Assembly (NCBI RefSeq): GCF_009914755.1
Contig: NC_060941.1
Source: the human T2T-CHM13v2.0 reference genome, Homo sapiens
Reading direction: 5' to 3' (one strand)
Length of the DNA stretch: 64,000 nucleotides
Positions 1-15,309 of the stretch are shown one piece after another. Under the pieces are notes generated by a model. The model did not search any database and was not told the origin of the DNA. It saw only the letters and a program-made list of their open reading frames with translations. Numbering within the stretch: the first letter of the stretch is position 1; each line of letters opens with the position of its first letter. Made by a program: the position numbers and the translations under genes.

Positions 1-795
1 GAAGATATACAAATAAGCACATGCAAACATGTCCAATATTATTAGTGTTTAGGGAAATCTAAACCATAAGATACTACTTTATACCTACTAGGATAGCTAT
101 AATAAAATAAAAGAAAATAACGCGTGTTGGCAAGGATGTGGAGGAATTAGAACAATTGCACCTTGCTGGCAGAAATGTAAAATGGTACAGTCACTGTTGA
201 AAAGAGTTTTATGGTCTCTCAGAAAGCTACACATAGAATTACCACATAACCCAAACAATTTTAGACTTTGTTATATACCCCCCAAAACTGGAAACAAAGT
301 TTCACATACCTGTATGTCACTGCTTATTGTGGCATTATTCACAGAGCCAAAAGATGAAAACAATCCAGGTGTTCATCAACAAATGAATGAATGGACAAAA
401 GGTGATGTATACATATAGTAGAATATTATTCAGCCAGAAAATGGAATGAAGTTCTGATGTATTGCCATAACAGGTATAACCTAGAAAACATTATACCAAA
501 TGAAGAAAGCCAGACATAAAAGGGCAAATATTTTCTGACACACTTGTATAAAATATCTAGAACAAGTAAAATTATAGAGAAAGAGATTAGAGGTTCTCAG
601 GGGCTGAGGGAAGAGAGAATGGAAAGTTATTGTTTGTTATGAAGTTCTATTTGGGTGATGAACAAGTTATAAAAATAGGTAATGATTATGGTTTCACAAC
701 ATTGTGAATGCAACTCATGCTTCTGAATTATGCATTGAGAAGAAGGTAAAATAGAAAATTTTATTTTATATGTATTTAACCACAATAACAATTTT
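1..795 (+). mobile_element. LINE-1 3' end fragment (L1MB/L1M-like), runs off the window start
   Basis: Typical L1 ORF2-end/3'UTR motifs: tgttggcaaggatgtggag, atgtaaaatggtacag, gaatattattcagcc, gaagaaagccagaca, ending in tatttaaccacaata. Confidence 0.85.
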
Positions 796-2399
796 AAAAT
801 AGAATTCTTAAAGAAATCCTAAATCTATGTAATGTTCACAATAATTGATGCTTAATGAACACATACATGAGTCTCTTGAAAGGCAGAATTAACATTCAAT
901 TAAACTTTCCTACTTCATAGCAGTGTAGTATCTTCTTTGAAATTATTTATATTGGCATTTATTACTAAATAAAAGCGTATATTACTTGTAACTGATAAGC
1001 ATTATTATATGCTGGGGAAATAGAAGGTAAAACAGGATTGTATGTCTCAGGAAGCTTCAAAGGAAGAAAATAAATAGGGTGGAAAGAAGGACAGAGAGAG
1101 ACGAGAGAATTGAGAGAATCATTTTCTTGAGAGACAAGAAAATATGTAATTCAATACAAAGATCAGATAGCAGAAGAAACAGCTACTTTATTATAGCAGA
1201 ACAGATTGCATCCAAATGTAAAAGTATGTATATAAATTTGATATTCAGAGAAAATGACTACATGTCTAATAGAAAAGATAGAAATAGATTTTGAAGGGTA
1301 TGAACAATCTTTGAAAGATTTGAAATAGAATGAAGATTAGTTGACCAGATATCTTGCCTATAATTGAAGTGATGAGGGATTATTTCAATTTTGGGATGAT
1401 CATTTTGTAGTTGGAATAATGTGTCCTGATATTTTATGTAGACAGAAATCAGATAGCTTTTTCTTCAGATTAGCATAATGGAAAGAAAAAAATGCATGGG
1501 CCTTTAGAATAATGTAAAAAATCTTATTGAACTGTGAGCCATGGAATATAAGCTGAAAAAAGAATCATACTAAGAAGAGGATTTTTGAAATTGGGGATAA
1601 CCTATGGCTTAATAAATTCAGGCTTCTGATAAAATCAGAGTAGGAGTATTTGAACAAATAAGCTGTAAGGTGGAAAGTAAAGGAGTTAAGGAATTGAATA
1701 TTTGCATGATTGATTTTCCAGCTAAAATAATTATAGGTATAAAAAAGATATGTCCCTGGAATAGGTATCTGAAATGATGGCGAGGAATAGTTATGAGAAA
1801 CAAGAAGTTCAAGAACAGAGGTATGGTATTGGATGCATCATTCACTAGAAGTTTTCAACGAAGATTATAAAATAAATTAAGGTTGAGAAAAAGTCTGTGG
1901 GCCTGTTGCCAAAGTTTTAAATATGACAACAGGGGCCCCAATATTGAATTTCAAAGATGATAACCTCAGGTAAAGGAAAAAAATTGTTAAAATTGAAGTA
2001 TAAGATCTTAAAGTGAGTATGATTTTTTTATTTAATTTTTCTTAGGGGAAGTAAATAAATAGTAATGTACAATTGCTTAAGTCTTTTGTACTCTATACCA
2101 ATTATAACAGAATTCAGGTCATAGACTTTTTGTTTTTCTGTCTCTCCGTCATTGTCTCTCTTGCTCTCTGTCTCTTTCTCTATATATACACACATATATG
2201 GAAATCAATCTATCTATATATTCCACATATATATATATGAAATTCAATATATATTAGTCTGCTTTAGTTTCTCCTAACGCCGGAAAATACAATTGCAATA
2301 TATATAAAATGCTAAATATGAGAATTATAGTCACCCTCCATCTTAAAGACATTTTCATGAGCTCATGAATCGCAACAAAGTTTAATAAGTAGTATTTTC

Positions 2400-2570
2400 T
2401 CCAAACATTTTACATACATTATCTCATTTAATTTTTAACAACATCTGAGATAAAAATTTTAAACCAGTTTTGGACTTGAGAAAAAGAAGACTTAAAATGC
2501 CTAAATAATTTGAACATGGTCACATGGCAAGTAGAAGTAATAGTTCAGAGTGAAACCCAAGTGTGCCCAG
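2400..2570 (-). mobile_element. MIR SINE fragment
   Basis: cattatctcatttaattttt...aacatggtcacatggcaagtag...tgaaacccaagt resembles the reverse-complement MIR core. Confidence 0.6.
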
Positions 2571-5151
2571 TTTTCCTGAACCAAAATCTATCTTCCATTT
2601 TGTTATTCTTCCTAATATGACTAGACAGATATTTCTTAATATAAAAAAGTTTCTTTTATATATAAAAAGTTATTTTAGCAACAATTATAAAACAAAACAC
2701 ATTAAACCACAATGAATTGTAGGTTTTCCTAATGAACACAATTTGTAGCAGTTGTACAACATATTAGGTTTCTTAATTTAGAGGACATGAAAACATTGTT
2801 AGAAGTACAAAAATTACAATTACAAGAACTTTGCTTTGAGAATAACAATCCCCTTTGTCTCTTTTGGTTTGTCTTTTCCTCTGTCACCCCTAGCCTGTTA
2901 GCATTGAATGAGAAAGCTAATAAATGTTTCTACATAATCTTACATTGCCTACAGAAAAAGTTTCATTATATCAGCATGGTTTTCATGCGATTTTAAACTG
3001 TATCTATGCATACCAAAACAACAGACAAATCTAGCTCATCCTATTTTATTAAATTACAACCATTTACCTCTTCTTTTTTTACTAAATTTGACCAATCTTC
3101 CAAACTCCAGCTAAAATTCTACCTTATATATGAAAACTTTCTCAATCCTATCAAGGAGATTAAACTAGTGCTTTCTTCGGGTCCATGATGTATACACTTC
3201 ATTACTCAATTTTTCAGAATTTCGTTCATTCTTTTAGTCACTCACCCATGCCCAGATACAAGATCATTAGCTCCTCAAGATTAGAGAATGAGAGTTTTTA
3301 TACTTAGCCTCCAGCATATAGTACTTGGTAGCTGCATAAAATGTCTTCACTGGGACACAACTTTTGTCTAAAGACAAAAAGTGATTTGATTAACAAAATC
3401 AGGGGTGATTTTATTCATTTCACAAAATGCCTACAAGGTAATTAAGATATGCATAATTAGTGGATAGAGAATAAAATGTCTCTGAACTGCAAGGAAGAAG
3501 TGGGGAAACATGGAGGTTCTTGACACACCTTCATAAACAGTCACATATCTGGGAGATCTGGAAGCCACTGTTTCGAAGGCAGGTCAGTCTTTTGAATAGT
3601 GTCCAATCTGTATTTAAAAATGTGTTCATTAGAAACCTCTGGACTGAATGGTGAAAGTGAGGCAAGGCCTCATCTTGCTGGAAAATGGGATAAGTGAAGG
3701 CTTTCTGTAGCTACAGAAAAAAAATTCCATGAGTGTGTCCAAAAAAACAAGTACCCGTGATAGTACCTTCTACTACAAGGATTTAATTAAAACCTGTGAG
3801 CTTCATGTGACACAAAAGACATTTAGTGAATCCCTTACAAGTGGAATTGTGAAATGTTGGTTTTCAGTGCTCCATGTGTGAGGGTGATAATGTTATTTTT
3901 CTAGTCAAAGGTGATAATGATTCATTTTTCCTACTTAAATAAAACAGCTTCGTCACTGACAGTCAACTCCACTTCCCTGGGACCCTGAAATCTGCTGCAA
4001 AACTTGTATCATTTTACTTCACTGTCTCCACTGGGGCTTGAAGAATTTTAAGGCAGGTTTTATTCTCTATTTATGGAAAATGCACTACATAATAGGCTGA
4101 AGCTTGCTTAATTTCCATTTCCTGGGACTTCTCTAAAGAAGAAAAAAAATTCGCCTCACTGCTTCCTCTGCATATGGGGCTACTCTGCACACTGTCTTAA
4201 GATACACTCTTTCTGCTTCATCTCACTATACAATGGGAAATGCTTTGACTACCTGATAGGTGTTGCTGTCTGGTACACTTAATTACTTTTGTACTGCAGT
4301 CATTACAACCAAGTTTACAAGATTTTGACATATGAAATTAAGTGCTATAAGGGTACCTACAAATTGATGGGTATTACATGTTTACCTATTAATATGATAC
4401 TAATACAATTTTTAAAATATTAAGAAATGGTTTATGAAATTTAGTAATGCTACCAAAGTTAAAGGATGTCGTTAATTACATGTAACTTTGAATTCTAAAT
4501 TGATAGTTAAGCACAGTTACATCTTTCCACCCATCTGAGCTCTTAAATATGGTAATAACTTATTGATGTGCTAAACATAGAACTGTATTACCTACTCATG
4601 ATGCCATGATTTAAATTTTGAGTCTAGGTATTATTATTTTAGGTATTTTATTTATACCTTGTCTTGATTCAAGTGCACTTATCCTAATTGAATTTGATTT
4701 TGTCTCTTTGTAAATAATTTCAGGCAACCATTTGAATTCTGTTTCTCTTGTAATGGCCTACATAGAGATACCTCAAATGAATAAATGTGCCCTCCTCTAT
4801 CAGGAAGAGAGTGTTAACAATTCTGAAAAGCACTAATAATAATATCATGTGATAATTGAATCAAAGGAAACTGCTGTTCTCTTCACCGAGATGTAAGACA
4901 ATTGCATTAGGCAATCTTTGAAAATTTTAATTAGTATGTGCGATATTCTGTGTTTAGAACCTCTGGATCTTTACTGGCCTCTTTGAAACAAATTGATTGT
5001 TAAAGTCCGATTCTTAAAGAGGAAATTGCCAGATCACACAGTAGATTTCACAATTGACATGACTACCTTCTTAGCATTCTTGGTTGAAGAGACAAATATA
5101 GCTGGTAGATACAAAATTAACTATGTATTTATTACTTTAAGTCCTTGCTTT

Positions 5152-5184
5152 ATTGCTTCTCAGCCTTTTGGCTAAGATCATGCG
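5152..5184 (+). pseudogene. 3'-truncated U2 snRNA retropseudogene (U2 nt 1-33)
   Basis: attgcttctcagccttttggctaagatcatgcg versus the U2 5' end atcgcttctcggccttttggctaagatcaagtg (29/33 identical). Flanked by direct repeat aagtccttgcttt at 5139-5151 and 5185-5197. Confidence 0.9.
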
Positions 5185-5652
5185 AAGTCCTTGCTTTATA
5201 ATATATACAATGAAAGTTAAGTGAGTAATCTCTGAGTTAGTTTGTGATTTGTGTGTATATTAATGTTTCCGTGCCTGGGAACTGTTAATATGATAACGAA
5301 TGTTTTACATTAAATTTTATTTTAATTTGAGGTCCAGAAAGACTTCATAATAAACTAAAACAAATACCTTTTGCTTAATCTTTAAATTTACCATTTGTCC
5401 ATGCTTCCTTCCCCATTTTTTTTTGTTTTTGTTTTTGTTTTTTTTGCTTTGGCCCGGATAAAAAGCCTCAAATATGTGATAATAAACCCAAATTGATTTC
5501 TATAATGCTTTCAATAAAAAGGCAGTTTATCTGGTTTCAGCAAGTACATGCAGCAGCAGCCAGTGAATTCTGGCCCTGGGTTGGACTAGCATTGGGTAGC
5601 CATATATCAGAACCTGTATAAATTACCAGAGTTTGTAAAGATTGCTTTAATA

Positions 5653-5970
<318 letters not shown>

Positions 5971-8409
5971 TTAATATAAAATGCCCAATGAATGAATATG
6001 AGAATGTGCTAACCTGAGTTAGGTCTCCTATCCTATCTAGAAAAACAAAATATGTTTAAAGATTGAATGGTAACAAAATAACTCCTAACCATTGATACTC
6101 ATTTCCTAACACATTTATTTATTCAGCATGCATTTATCAATTTTGTTCCTATATACAAAAATAGAGAAACAATTGTAAACAAAACACAACCAATTCCTTC
6201 ATGGTATGGATCAAATATTTAGACTAATGAAGCCTAGGCAAATATTTTGATGTATTACTGCAGTTTATTTTAAAATATAGTAATTTATTTTCACACAGAT
6301 CTCAATATCTGAACTTACTTTACTTCATCCAATATTGCCCAGCTCAGACTTTGTTTTTTTTTTTCTGAAACCCAGAAAACTTTTTTAAACTGTGTATTAG
6401 ACATTTACAATTACATGAGCCACAAGAACAAGAGATACAAGCTTCCTAAACTCAAGTCATTGTCTTACCAAGAAAACTTACTCCTTCTTTGGCATTCTAA
6501 GTTATGCTAAATGACAACACACACCACCAGAAGCTAAGATGTCACCATTGATTCCTTCTAATTACCATAAGCCTAACACAGAATCAATCACCAGGTTCTA
6601 CTAATATAGCATCTAATATTGTCAGAAAAAAGCAGACAAAATATGTCTGCCTAAATGAAGATTAGATGGATAACGAATAGAGATGTAGAGATACAGAGAA
6701 AATCAACAGCAGATTTAAGAAACAAATATCTCATGTAGTATTATAGAAAGAAACAAGTGTTATGGAAAAATTTAAAAATACAATTGAATAGTCTATTTTA
6801 TGCAATTAGAGAAACATAAAAATTTCAATTTTATTATGTAATTATTTCACTTCATGCTTTTTGACTATTTTAAAATTAAAATATTTATTTTGTGTATTGA
6901 ACTTATAATTTTAAGTTGCTTTATTTATTCTTAATCTTTTGGTTCAAGATAAAAATGGAACAGAAGAGTAGATTTACATATTTTTTTAAATGTCCTACTT
7001 TCAATTTTTGAAGCCTCATAACTGATTTCTTCCTCAAGAGATGTGTTTGAAAATGACACAAAGCCACTGTCTTTATTCATGTTTCTTTCCGGCGTAATTG
7101 CTCTGAACAATACGTCTTTATCTTCCGTTTTTAGTTGTTAGGTATTGGTTCCTGCGAAGAAAATAGTCTTTCTTACTAAGATAACAAAGTGTTGTTTGTT
7201 ATAAAGACTTCTTCAAATGAAAGGTCTCCTTTTCTACTGTTTTTGTTGAAAAGTCCCTTTAATAGAAAATCCATTTATCCCTCCCTAAACAGACGCTACT
7301 TTGGTTTTCTGAATGAACAACCCAAAAAGGTATGCAATATTTGTTTTCCCCTTAAACAAAGTATTTCTAGTGAGCATGTTATATTTATAGCTTGATCGAC
7401 ATTACTAAGCAATTGCTGAAATACATTTTTCTAAAGAAAAGCTTCTTTGTAGCTTTAGCGTAAAGTCTCTCAATATTTCAGTCTGTGAAGGAATAGATGG
7501 ATAAATGAGCTTCTGTGAAATAGGTTGGCAGAAAAAGATATCTTACGTTTTTATGTTTTGTGCTAAGCCAATATGGCAATAGAGTATTATTTTGATATAC
7601 AGGAAGATATAAATGCCTCAGTTTATTCAACTAAAATAACACTGTCTTGCAATCTTTACATAAAAGATGAAAATTATTGCTCGCTCCTCTCTCTCTCTCT
7701 ATATATGTGTGTGTAAATATATGTATACCTATATGTACATATATGTACCTATATTTTTATCTATCTAATATCCACACATCACAAAACATGATGCAAGTTG
7801 ATAACCACTGATTATGTAAATATATGAGTGTATACAGAAAACTAAACAAAATAGCTTTCTAACTTATACAGAACATTTTCTTTTGCAATTCAAGTATTAT
7901 TTTCTTTCAGCATAACTCAGCAGACTTAGGCATTTGCAGATTCCACTCAGAGTAATGGAAGAAAGTGCGGTGGAAGGAAACATCTATCAAGTGCCTGTTT
8001 TAAGCTATTCACCAAGATAAGGGCTTCCACAGTTTACATACACTTGGTAACAACCCTGACGGATGTTAGACAAAATCTTTATTTTTTTTTTACAGTTCAG
8101 ATAATTTTTGTCCCAGTAAACAATTCATAAAAGTTGTCACTGAAAACAATAGATAAAAATACTCACAAATAAAAATACTCTCACCAATGAATCCTCACCC
8201 TAAACTCACATGAGCACTGCCAACATTTTTATAGATCTATTTAGAGACTCACCAACATATTTGGAAAACAAAGTGTTCTATAGATATTAGTCAATACAAG
8301 TAAAAGTAGTTACTCTGAGAAATAATAGGTACAGATTCAACTTCGTCCCACATAAAATATGGCCTCCTTTTTCATGCTCACTTTCACATCTGTGATTTAT
8401 ACGTACATC

Positions 8410-8870
8410 GCTCTCCCAGATTGCTAATGCCTGGGCTGCTTTTAGCCTCCAGTTTGCCTCTTTCCAAACTTACAGAGCAGTCTTTCTGTCATAGAAAGCT
8501 AACCATGCCACTCACCTGATTCAATGATTTCAATTTCTGTAAAGTAAAATTAAAATTTTTTATCTCAGTGTAAATGGTTGTCCATGACTTTCCTTTTGCT
8601 TAACTGAGCTATCATTTTCTTCGTAGTTTCTTCCATATAACCAACATTTAAATCTTATTAAAACCCATCTATATTTTTTAGATTATTATCCTTTCTCACA
8701 CTCTCCCCCTCTGTGATACTTTACCTAACTCTCTATAATCCTTCAAGATTCCAATACTTTATGAATTTCCCTTGACTCCTTAAAGTGGTATTTTCTTATT
8801 TCTCTGTAATCCTTGACTCAGTCATAGTTCTTTTCACTTGGTATTTTCGTTGTTTTATTATACCTTGCGT
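8410..8870 (+). mobile_element. degraded LINE-2 3' fragment
   Basis: Pyrimidine-rich L2-like motifs (agagcagtctttctg...aaccatgccactcacctgattcaa; ataatccttcaagattc). Confidence 0.45.
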
Positions 8871-9399
8871 ATTGTACCTCTATTTTAGTTTGCATGTTTT
8901 GGATTATATCTGGCAAAGAGGACTATTGATATGTGTAATTAAATAGCTTCCTGGAAAAGAACTCTACTTTGGGTAATGAGTTAGATAAAGCAAAAATTCT
9001 TCATTGTCAGAAAAAATATAGTGATTTTCTGCTTCTGTTTCTTTCTCTGCCTCTCATATACATGCTCCATCCTTCTGTCCATATGCTAATCTCTGCAGAT
9101 TGCATCTCTCAGGCTTAGTTTTCAGCAGACTTCAAGTTAAGTTTGACAAAAAGGAGGCATCAAAAGAAGATAAAGGGGAAGAAGAGTATAGAGGACTGGA
9201 GTATTTTGTCCTTGTTTTCCTCCTGTTGTCCCTTTTGGGTGTTATTAACTTCCACTGTTGCAAGTCTTTGTGATGAATTCTCTTTTCCTGCCAGGATCCT
9301 GGCTTTTAATCACACAAATGTATTGCATGGTTTAGTGATTGTTAGAAGAGTGTATTAGAAAATTGAGAGCAGAAAGACAACTCAACATTGTGAGGAGTA

Positions 9400-10560
9400 T
9401 TTCACCAAAACTCAGTAAAATTTGTATAGCTTTACATGTTACACTTAAGCCTATGATACATTTTGATGATACAACTTTTTCTATCACTTTAGTTTTGATT
9501 TACCTTTGCTAATGTGTTTAAGTGTTTGTATAGATTTCTTAATGCTTGTTCTAGTGTTTCTGTGCATGCACTTATCGTAGCCTATTGACATCAATGTATA
9601 GAAAACTTACTTTAATTTAGATCTATTTAATCTCCCATTTTCAAAATTCACAGTTTTCTTAAATATGTTCTCTGCATACATTGAGCCCCGTATCAATTGA
9701 GTTATAATATAAATTCTGTTTCCACCATTAAATCTGATTAAGAAACTCATGAAATGAAGGATAGTCTATATGTTTACCCACATTGTTATACATTGTTTTA
9801 TCCTTGTCTGAAGTTTCTACTCTTTTGTTACCACTTTATTTCCATTGGGAAAATTCTTTTTGCATGCCCTAAGGGTAGATCCTATGGTGGAAAAATTTCT
9901 TAGTTTTTCTTTGAGAATGGCTTTCTTTTTTTGACCTCTAAAGGATAGCTTCACCTGACAGAAGATTTACTTTGGCAATTGTCTTAATTTGAAGGTTAAA
10001 AATGTGTTCCACTATTTGCTTTTGGTCTCAATGGTTTTGGATGAGAAGTGGGCTGTCATTTGAAGTTACATTCCTCTAGAGATTATGTGTTGCTTCTCTC
10101 TGGTTTTCTTAAGGTTTTTTTTTCCTATAGTTTTTATAAGTATAATTTTTGTCTGTCTTGTTAAAGGTTTCATTTGTTTGTTTTTAATCATCTTTGGGGT
10201 TTGCTCAGCTTCTTAAGTATGTGGGTTCATGTCTTAAGTTTGGGTGTTTTCAGATATTATTTCTTCAAATGTTTGTCCTGCCCTTTCATTTTTCCCTCTC
10301 CTTCTGGGACCGCAATGATATGGATGCTAAATCTTTTGTTACTCTTTTACATATCATTTACACTCTGTGTATTTTTAAAGTCGATTTCTCTGTGTTGTTA
10401 AGATCGAGCAAACACTATTGATAAGTCTTCTAGTTCACTAATTCTGTTCTCTGCCATCATCTCCATTCTACGATCAAACTCATCTAGCAAGGTTTTTATT
10501 TCAATTATTTCATGTTTCTGTTCTATGATACCTGATAGAGTCATTTCATGGTTGTATATG
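9400..10560 (-). mobile_element. old LINE-1 (L1M/L1MC-like) fragments
   Basis: T-rich strand with antisense L1 motifs (ttctgatgagaag-like, ggtttgctcagcttctt, cttctagttcactaattct). Confidence 0.65.
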
Positions 10561-12435
10561 TTAAATGATGTTCAGGATATTTAGGTGTACTTTGTGGAAG
10601 AAGTGGGTGAGGAGGTAATAGTAGAAACCAGAAAAATAAATCTACATCAACTTTTCCCAAAGTCAGAAGTCTAATTTTGACTTTTTAAAGTTTCAAAATT
10701 AGCTGCAAAAAGATCTTTTCTGCTAAAAATACTACATTATACATTTAACTACAGAAGTTAGAATTATTATTGCAAACAGTATACTTCTCTTCCCCTCTGC
10801 TTTATTTCTAAACATCAAATGATGGAAATAAAGTAGAAATATAGATATGGATATAACACCTTTACCTTAATCTTTTATAGTTGTGATATATATAGAACTC
10901 ATGTGAAGTGTTATTCTTATGGCTCCACAGTTGATAGGCACCCAGAGTTTCCAGAAAAGTAAAATCACTTTATCAGTTTCATAAATAAAATTTCACCAAA
11001 CTTATTTCTATATGGCTTCTCAAAACCTATGGCATGGATATTCATTCATATGATAACATAACAAGGGCTCTGAGGATACAGTTTTTGTGATTCTCTTTTA
11101 TTAAACATCAAAAAGTGTAAAGTGGAAGGTTTATGGTGAAGACTCATGTAATGTAATTTACCATTACCATCTAACCTCTCTCTCTCTTTCTCTCTCTCTC
11201 AAACACACACACACATTTTCAAAAGACACTCTATAAAAGATTTAGGCTATCATGCAAGTTTTATATCAGCAAATTCACTAATGGCTTTTACCAGTGAATC
11301 CCTCAGGAGTGCATCTGCCTTTTAAATGTCAAAAAACAGCTCTTAAACTTCGACAAAGTAGAAATTTGGTGTGAAAAGTCTAAGCAAAAGTTGAAATAAT
11401 ATGTTTTAAAAAATATTGGCCCTAACAGTTCAACAACCTTACTCTTCTATGGTAAGTTAAACAGAGCTCGGTGTTGTAACCCACATTGACCATACAGCAG
11501 CTTACTACATATCAAGATGTATGACAGCATATTTGTCACATAGTCTCAAAAGAAATTTTAAAAAGACTATACTAAATTTTATCCTACCAACTTCCTTCCT
11601 TATTAACATGTTTTCCAAGCCAGATGTTATTTTTGCATATTCAGAGTCACATTGTATTGTAAAATATAAAAGTAGAGATTCTCTCAAGATAACCTATTTG
11701 TTATAATCCCAGTTATTTTATAAAATGAAAAAAAGAAAGAAAAAAAGAAGAGTCTTTAAATCTCTGTATCTCAATAGTGATTTTGAGTCAGTGTTGTGAG
11801 ATATTAAACAAATGCAGGGTTTAACATTTGGCATATGTTTTCCAAAATATCTAACTCATTTCATTTAAAAACTAAATCTATAAGGTGTGTGCTATTATTT
11901 TCACCACTTTAAGCACAAAGATATAAATACACAACAATAAATTGTCTTTGGTCTTGTTGCTAGTAAGTGGAAAAGCTGGGAATTGAACCCAACTAAGCCT
12001 TCACTCCCACCATAACATTCATAATCTATTTTCCTTATCTTGATCCTATTGTTCTGAACCATTAAAAAATCACAGATTTTATCCTTGTGATGAGGAGTCA
12101 CTGAGGAGTCACAGACTTTTATTTTTTATACAAAATTCAATTGCATTTTCTGCAACTATTTTGATTAAGAAGTTTTCAAATGGCCCAAATCCTTTTGACT
12201 AGAATTCATCTTCATTACATTAGTGTGATTTATGGCTGTAATTTCATGGGAGCTGACTCATTGTTGTATCCTAATGATACTCTTTGGCTGTGGGCATTTA
12301 AAAGTGCAATGACTTCTCCATTCTTACCTCACTTGATCTTTTCCCAAACTCCAGTGTATCATTAGAGAGGATCATGCAAATATTTTTAAGTGATTATTTT
12401 CAAATCAGTTTTTAGTAAACATTATTTTTACTTGA

Positions 12436-12645
<210 letters not shown>

Positions 12646-12942
12646 TAATGAGCTATTCAGTTGAACTGTTATTTATTCAGTAAATCACTTAATCAACAAT
12701 TCATTATTGAATATCTACAATACCTTCAAAAAGACACCAGCCAATTATAGGCCATTAAATAATTTAGGAAAATAAAAAATTAAGTATGCTAGATTGTAAT
12801 AAGAGCAATGATAAATATGGAAGAGCTCTTGCATAAGAACCTGTAGTCCTGACTGAATAGAGGATAGCAATAATTTTTCTATAGACATCTATGTGTTGAC
12901 ATCTCGCTCTCATCTCTCTCTTCTTTCTCTTTTTCCCCCTCC

Positions 12943-15289
12943 TTATTCCATTTTCATACTACTATAAAGCACTGCATGGGACTGGGTAATTCATAAAGGA
13001 AAGAGCTCTCATTAACTCACAGTTCAGCATGGCTGGGAGGCCTCAGGAAACTTACAATCATGGCAAAAGGCAAAGAGGAAGAAAGTCACCTTCTTAACAA
13101 GGCAGCAGGAAAGAGAAGTGCCAAGTGAAGCAGGGAAGAGCCCCTTATAAAACCATAAAATCTCATTAGAAATTACTCACTATCATGAGAACAGCATGAG
13201 TGAAACTGCCCCATGATTCAATCACCTCCAGCTGTTCTCTCCCTTGACATGTGGGGATTATGGGGATTACAATTCAAGATGAGATTTGGGTGGGGACATA
13301 AAGCCTAACCATATCATTTTGCCCCTAGACCCTCTCAAATCTCATGTCCGTTTCACATTTCAAAACCAATTATGCCTTCCTAACAGTCACCCAAAGTCTT
13401 AACTCATTCCAACACTAACCCAAAAGTCCACAGTCCAAAGTCTCACTTGAAACAAGGCAAGTCCCTTCTACCTATGAGCCTGTAAAATCAAAAGCAATTT
13501 AGTTACTTCCTAGTTATAATGAGGTTGTAGGCATTGGGCAAATACACTGTTCCCAGTGGGAGAAATTGGCCAAAACAAATGCAAGTCTGAAATCTAGAGA
13601 GTAGTCAAATCTTAAGCTCCAAAATGATCTTTGACTTCATGTCTCACATCCTGGTCTTCCCAATGCAAGAGGTGGGCTCAGATGGCCTAGGACAGCTCTG
13701 CCCCATGGCTTTGCAGGGTACAGCCCCACTTCTGGCTGCTTTCATGAGCTGGCATTGAGTGTCTGTGGCTTTTCCAGTACAGTTCAAGCTGTCAGTGGAT
13801 TTACCATTCTGGAGTCTTGAGGATGGTGACCATCTTCTCACAACTCCACTAGGCATTACCTCAATGGGGAATCTGTGTGGGGGCCCCGAACCCAAATTTC
13901 CCTTTTGCAGTGTTCTAGCAGGTGTTCTCCATGTAGGCTCTACCCCTGCAACAAACGTCTGCCTGGACATCTAGATGTGTCTACATATAATCTGAAATCT
14001 AGGCAGTAGTTCCCATACCTCAATTTTTGACTCCTGTGCACCTGCAGGTCCATCACCATGTGTGAGCAGCCAAGGCTTGAAGCTTGCACCCTCTGAATCA
14101 ATGGCCTGAGCTGTGCATTGGCCACTTTTAGCCATGGCTGGAATGCAGGGCACCATGTTCTGAGACTGCACGAAGCAGCAAGGCCCTGGGCCCAGCTCAG
14201 GAAACCGTTTTTTCCTCCAGGGTCTCTGGGCCTATGATGGGAGAGTCTGTCGCCAAGATCTCTGACATACCCTGGAGCAATTTTGCCCATTGTCTTGACA
14301 ATTAACATTTAGTTCCTGGTTACTTATGCAAATTTCTGCAGCCAGCTTGAATTTCCCCTCAGAAAATGGGTTTTTCTTTTCTATCACTTGTTGGGCTACA
14401 GATTTTTTTGAACTTTTATGCTCTGTTTCCCTTTTAAACATAAGCTCCAATGCCAAACCATCTCTTGGTGAATGCATAAAACTGAATGCTTTTAAGAGCA
14501 CCCAAATCACCTCTTGAACGCTTTTCTGTTCAGAAATTTCTTCTGCCAGGTACCCTAAATCATCTCTCTCAAGTTCAAATTTCCACACATCTCCAAAACC
14601 GGGGCAAAAATACCAGTTCCTTTGCTAAGGTGTAGAAAGAGTCCCTTTTATTTCAGTTCCCAACACATTCCTCATCTCCACCTGAGACCACCTTAGCCTG
14701 GACTTCATTGTCCATATTACTGTCAGCATTTTGGTCAAAGCCATACAACAAGTCTCTAGGAAGTTCCAAACTTTCCCATGTCTGCCTGTTTTCTCCTGAG
14801 CCCCCCAAACTGTTCCAACCTCTGCCTGTTGTCTAGTTCCAAAGTTGCTTCCATATTTTTGGGTATCTTTTTAGCATCACCCCACCCTCTGCAGTACCAA
14901 TTTACTGTATTAGTCCATTTTCATACTTCTATAAAGAACTGCTTGAGACTAGGTTATTTGTAAAGAGATTTCATTGACTCACAGTTCAGTATGGGTGAGG
15001 AGGCCTCAGAAAACTTACAATCATGGCAGAAGGCAAAGATGAAGCAAGTAACCTTCTAACCAAGGCAACAGGAAGGAGAAATGCCAAGCAAAGGGGGTAA
15101 AAGCCCTTTATAAAACCATCAGATCTCATGAGAACTCAGTCATTATCCTGAGAACAGCATGGGGAGAACTGCCCCCATGATTCAGTTACCTCCACCTTGT
15201 CTCTCCTTTGACAGGTGGGGATTATGGGGGTTATAGGGATTATAATTCAAGATGAGATTTGGGTGGGGACACAAAGCCTGACCATATCA
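12943..15289 (-). mobile_element. THE1 MaLR provirus, LTR-internal-LTR (THE1D/MST-like)
   Basis: Two homologous LTRs (~12943-13316 and 14906-15289), both ending ...accatatca (reverse complement of TGATATGG), flank ~1.6 kb of internal sequence. Minus-strand ORF remnant contains FELERDDLGYLAEEIS. Confidence 0.93.
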
Positions 15290-15309
15290 CCCTTCTTTCC
15301 TGTCTTTCT

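Noticed and set aside
12091-12112. 11-bp tandem duplication tgaggagtcac
   Set aside because: Trivial slippage duplication with no further structure.
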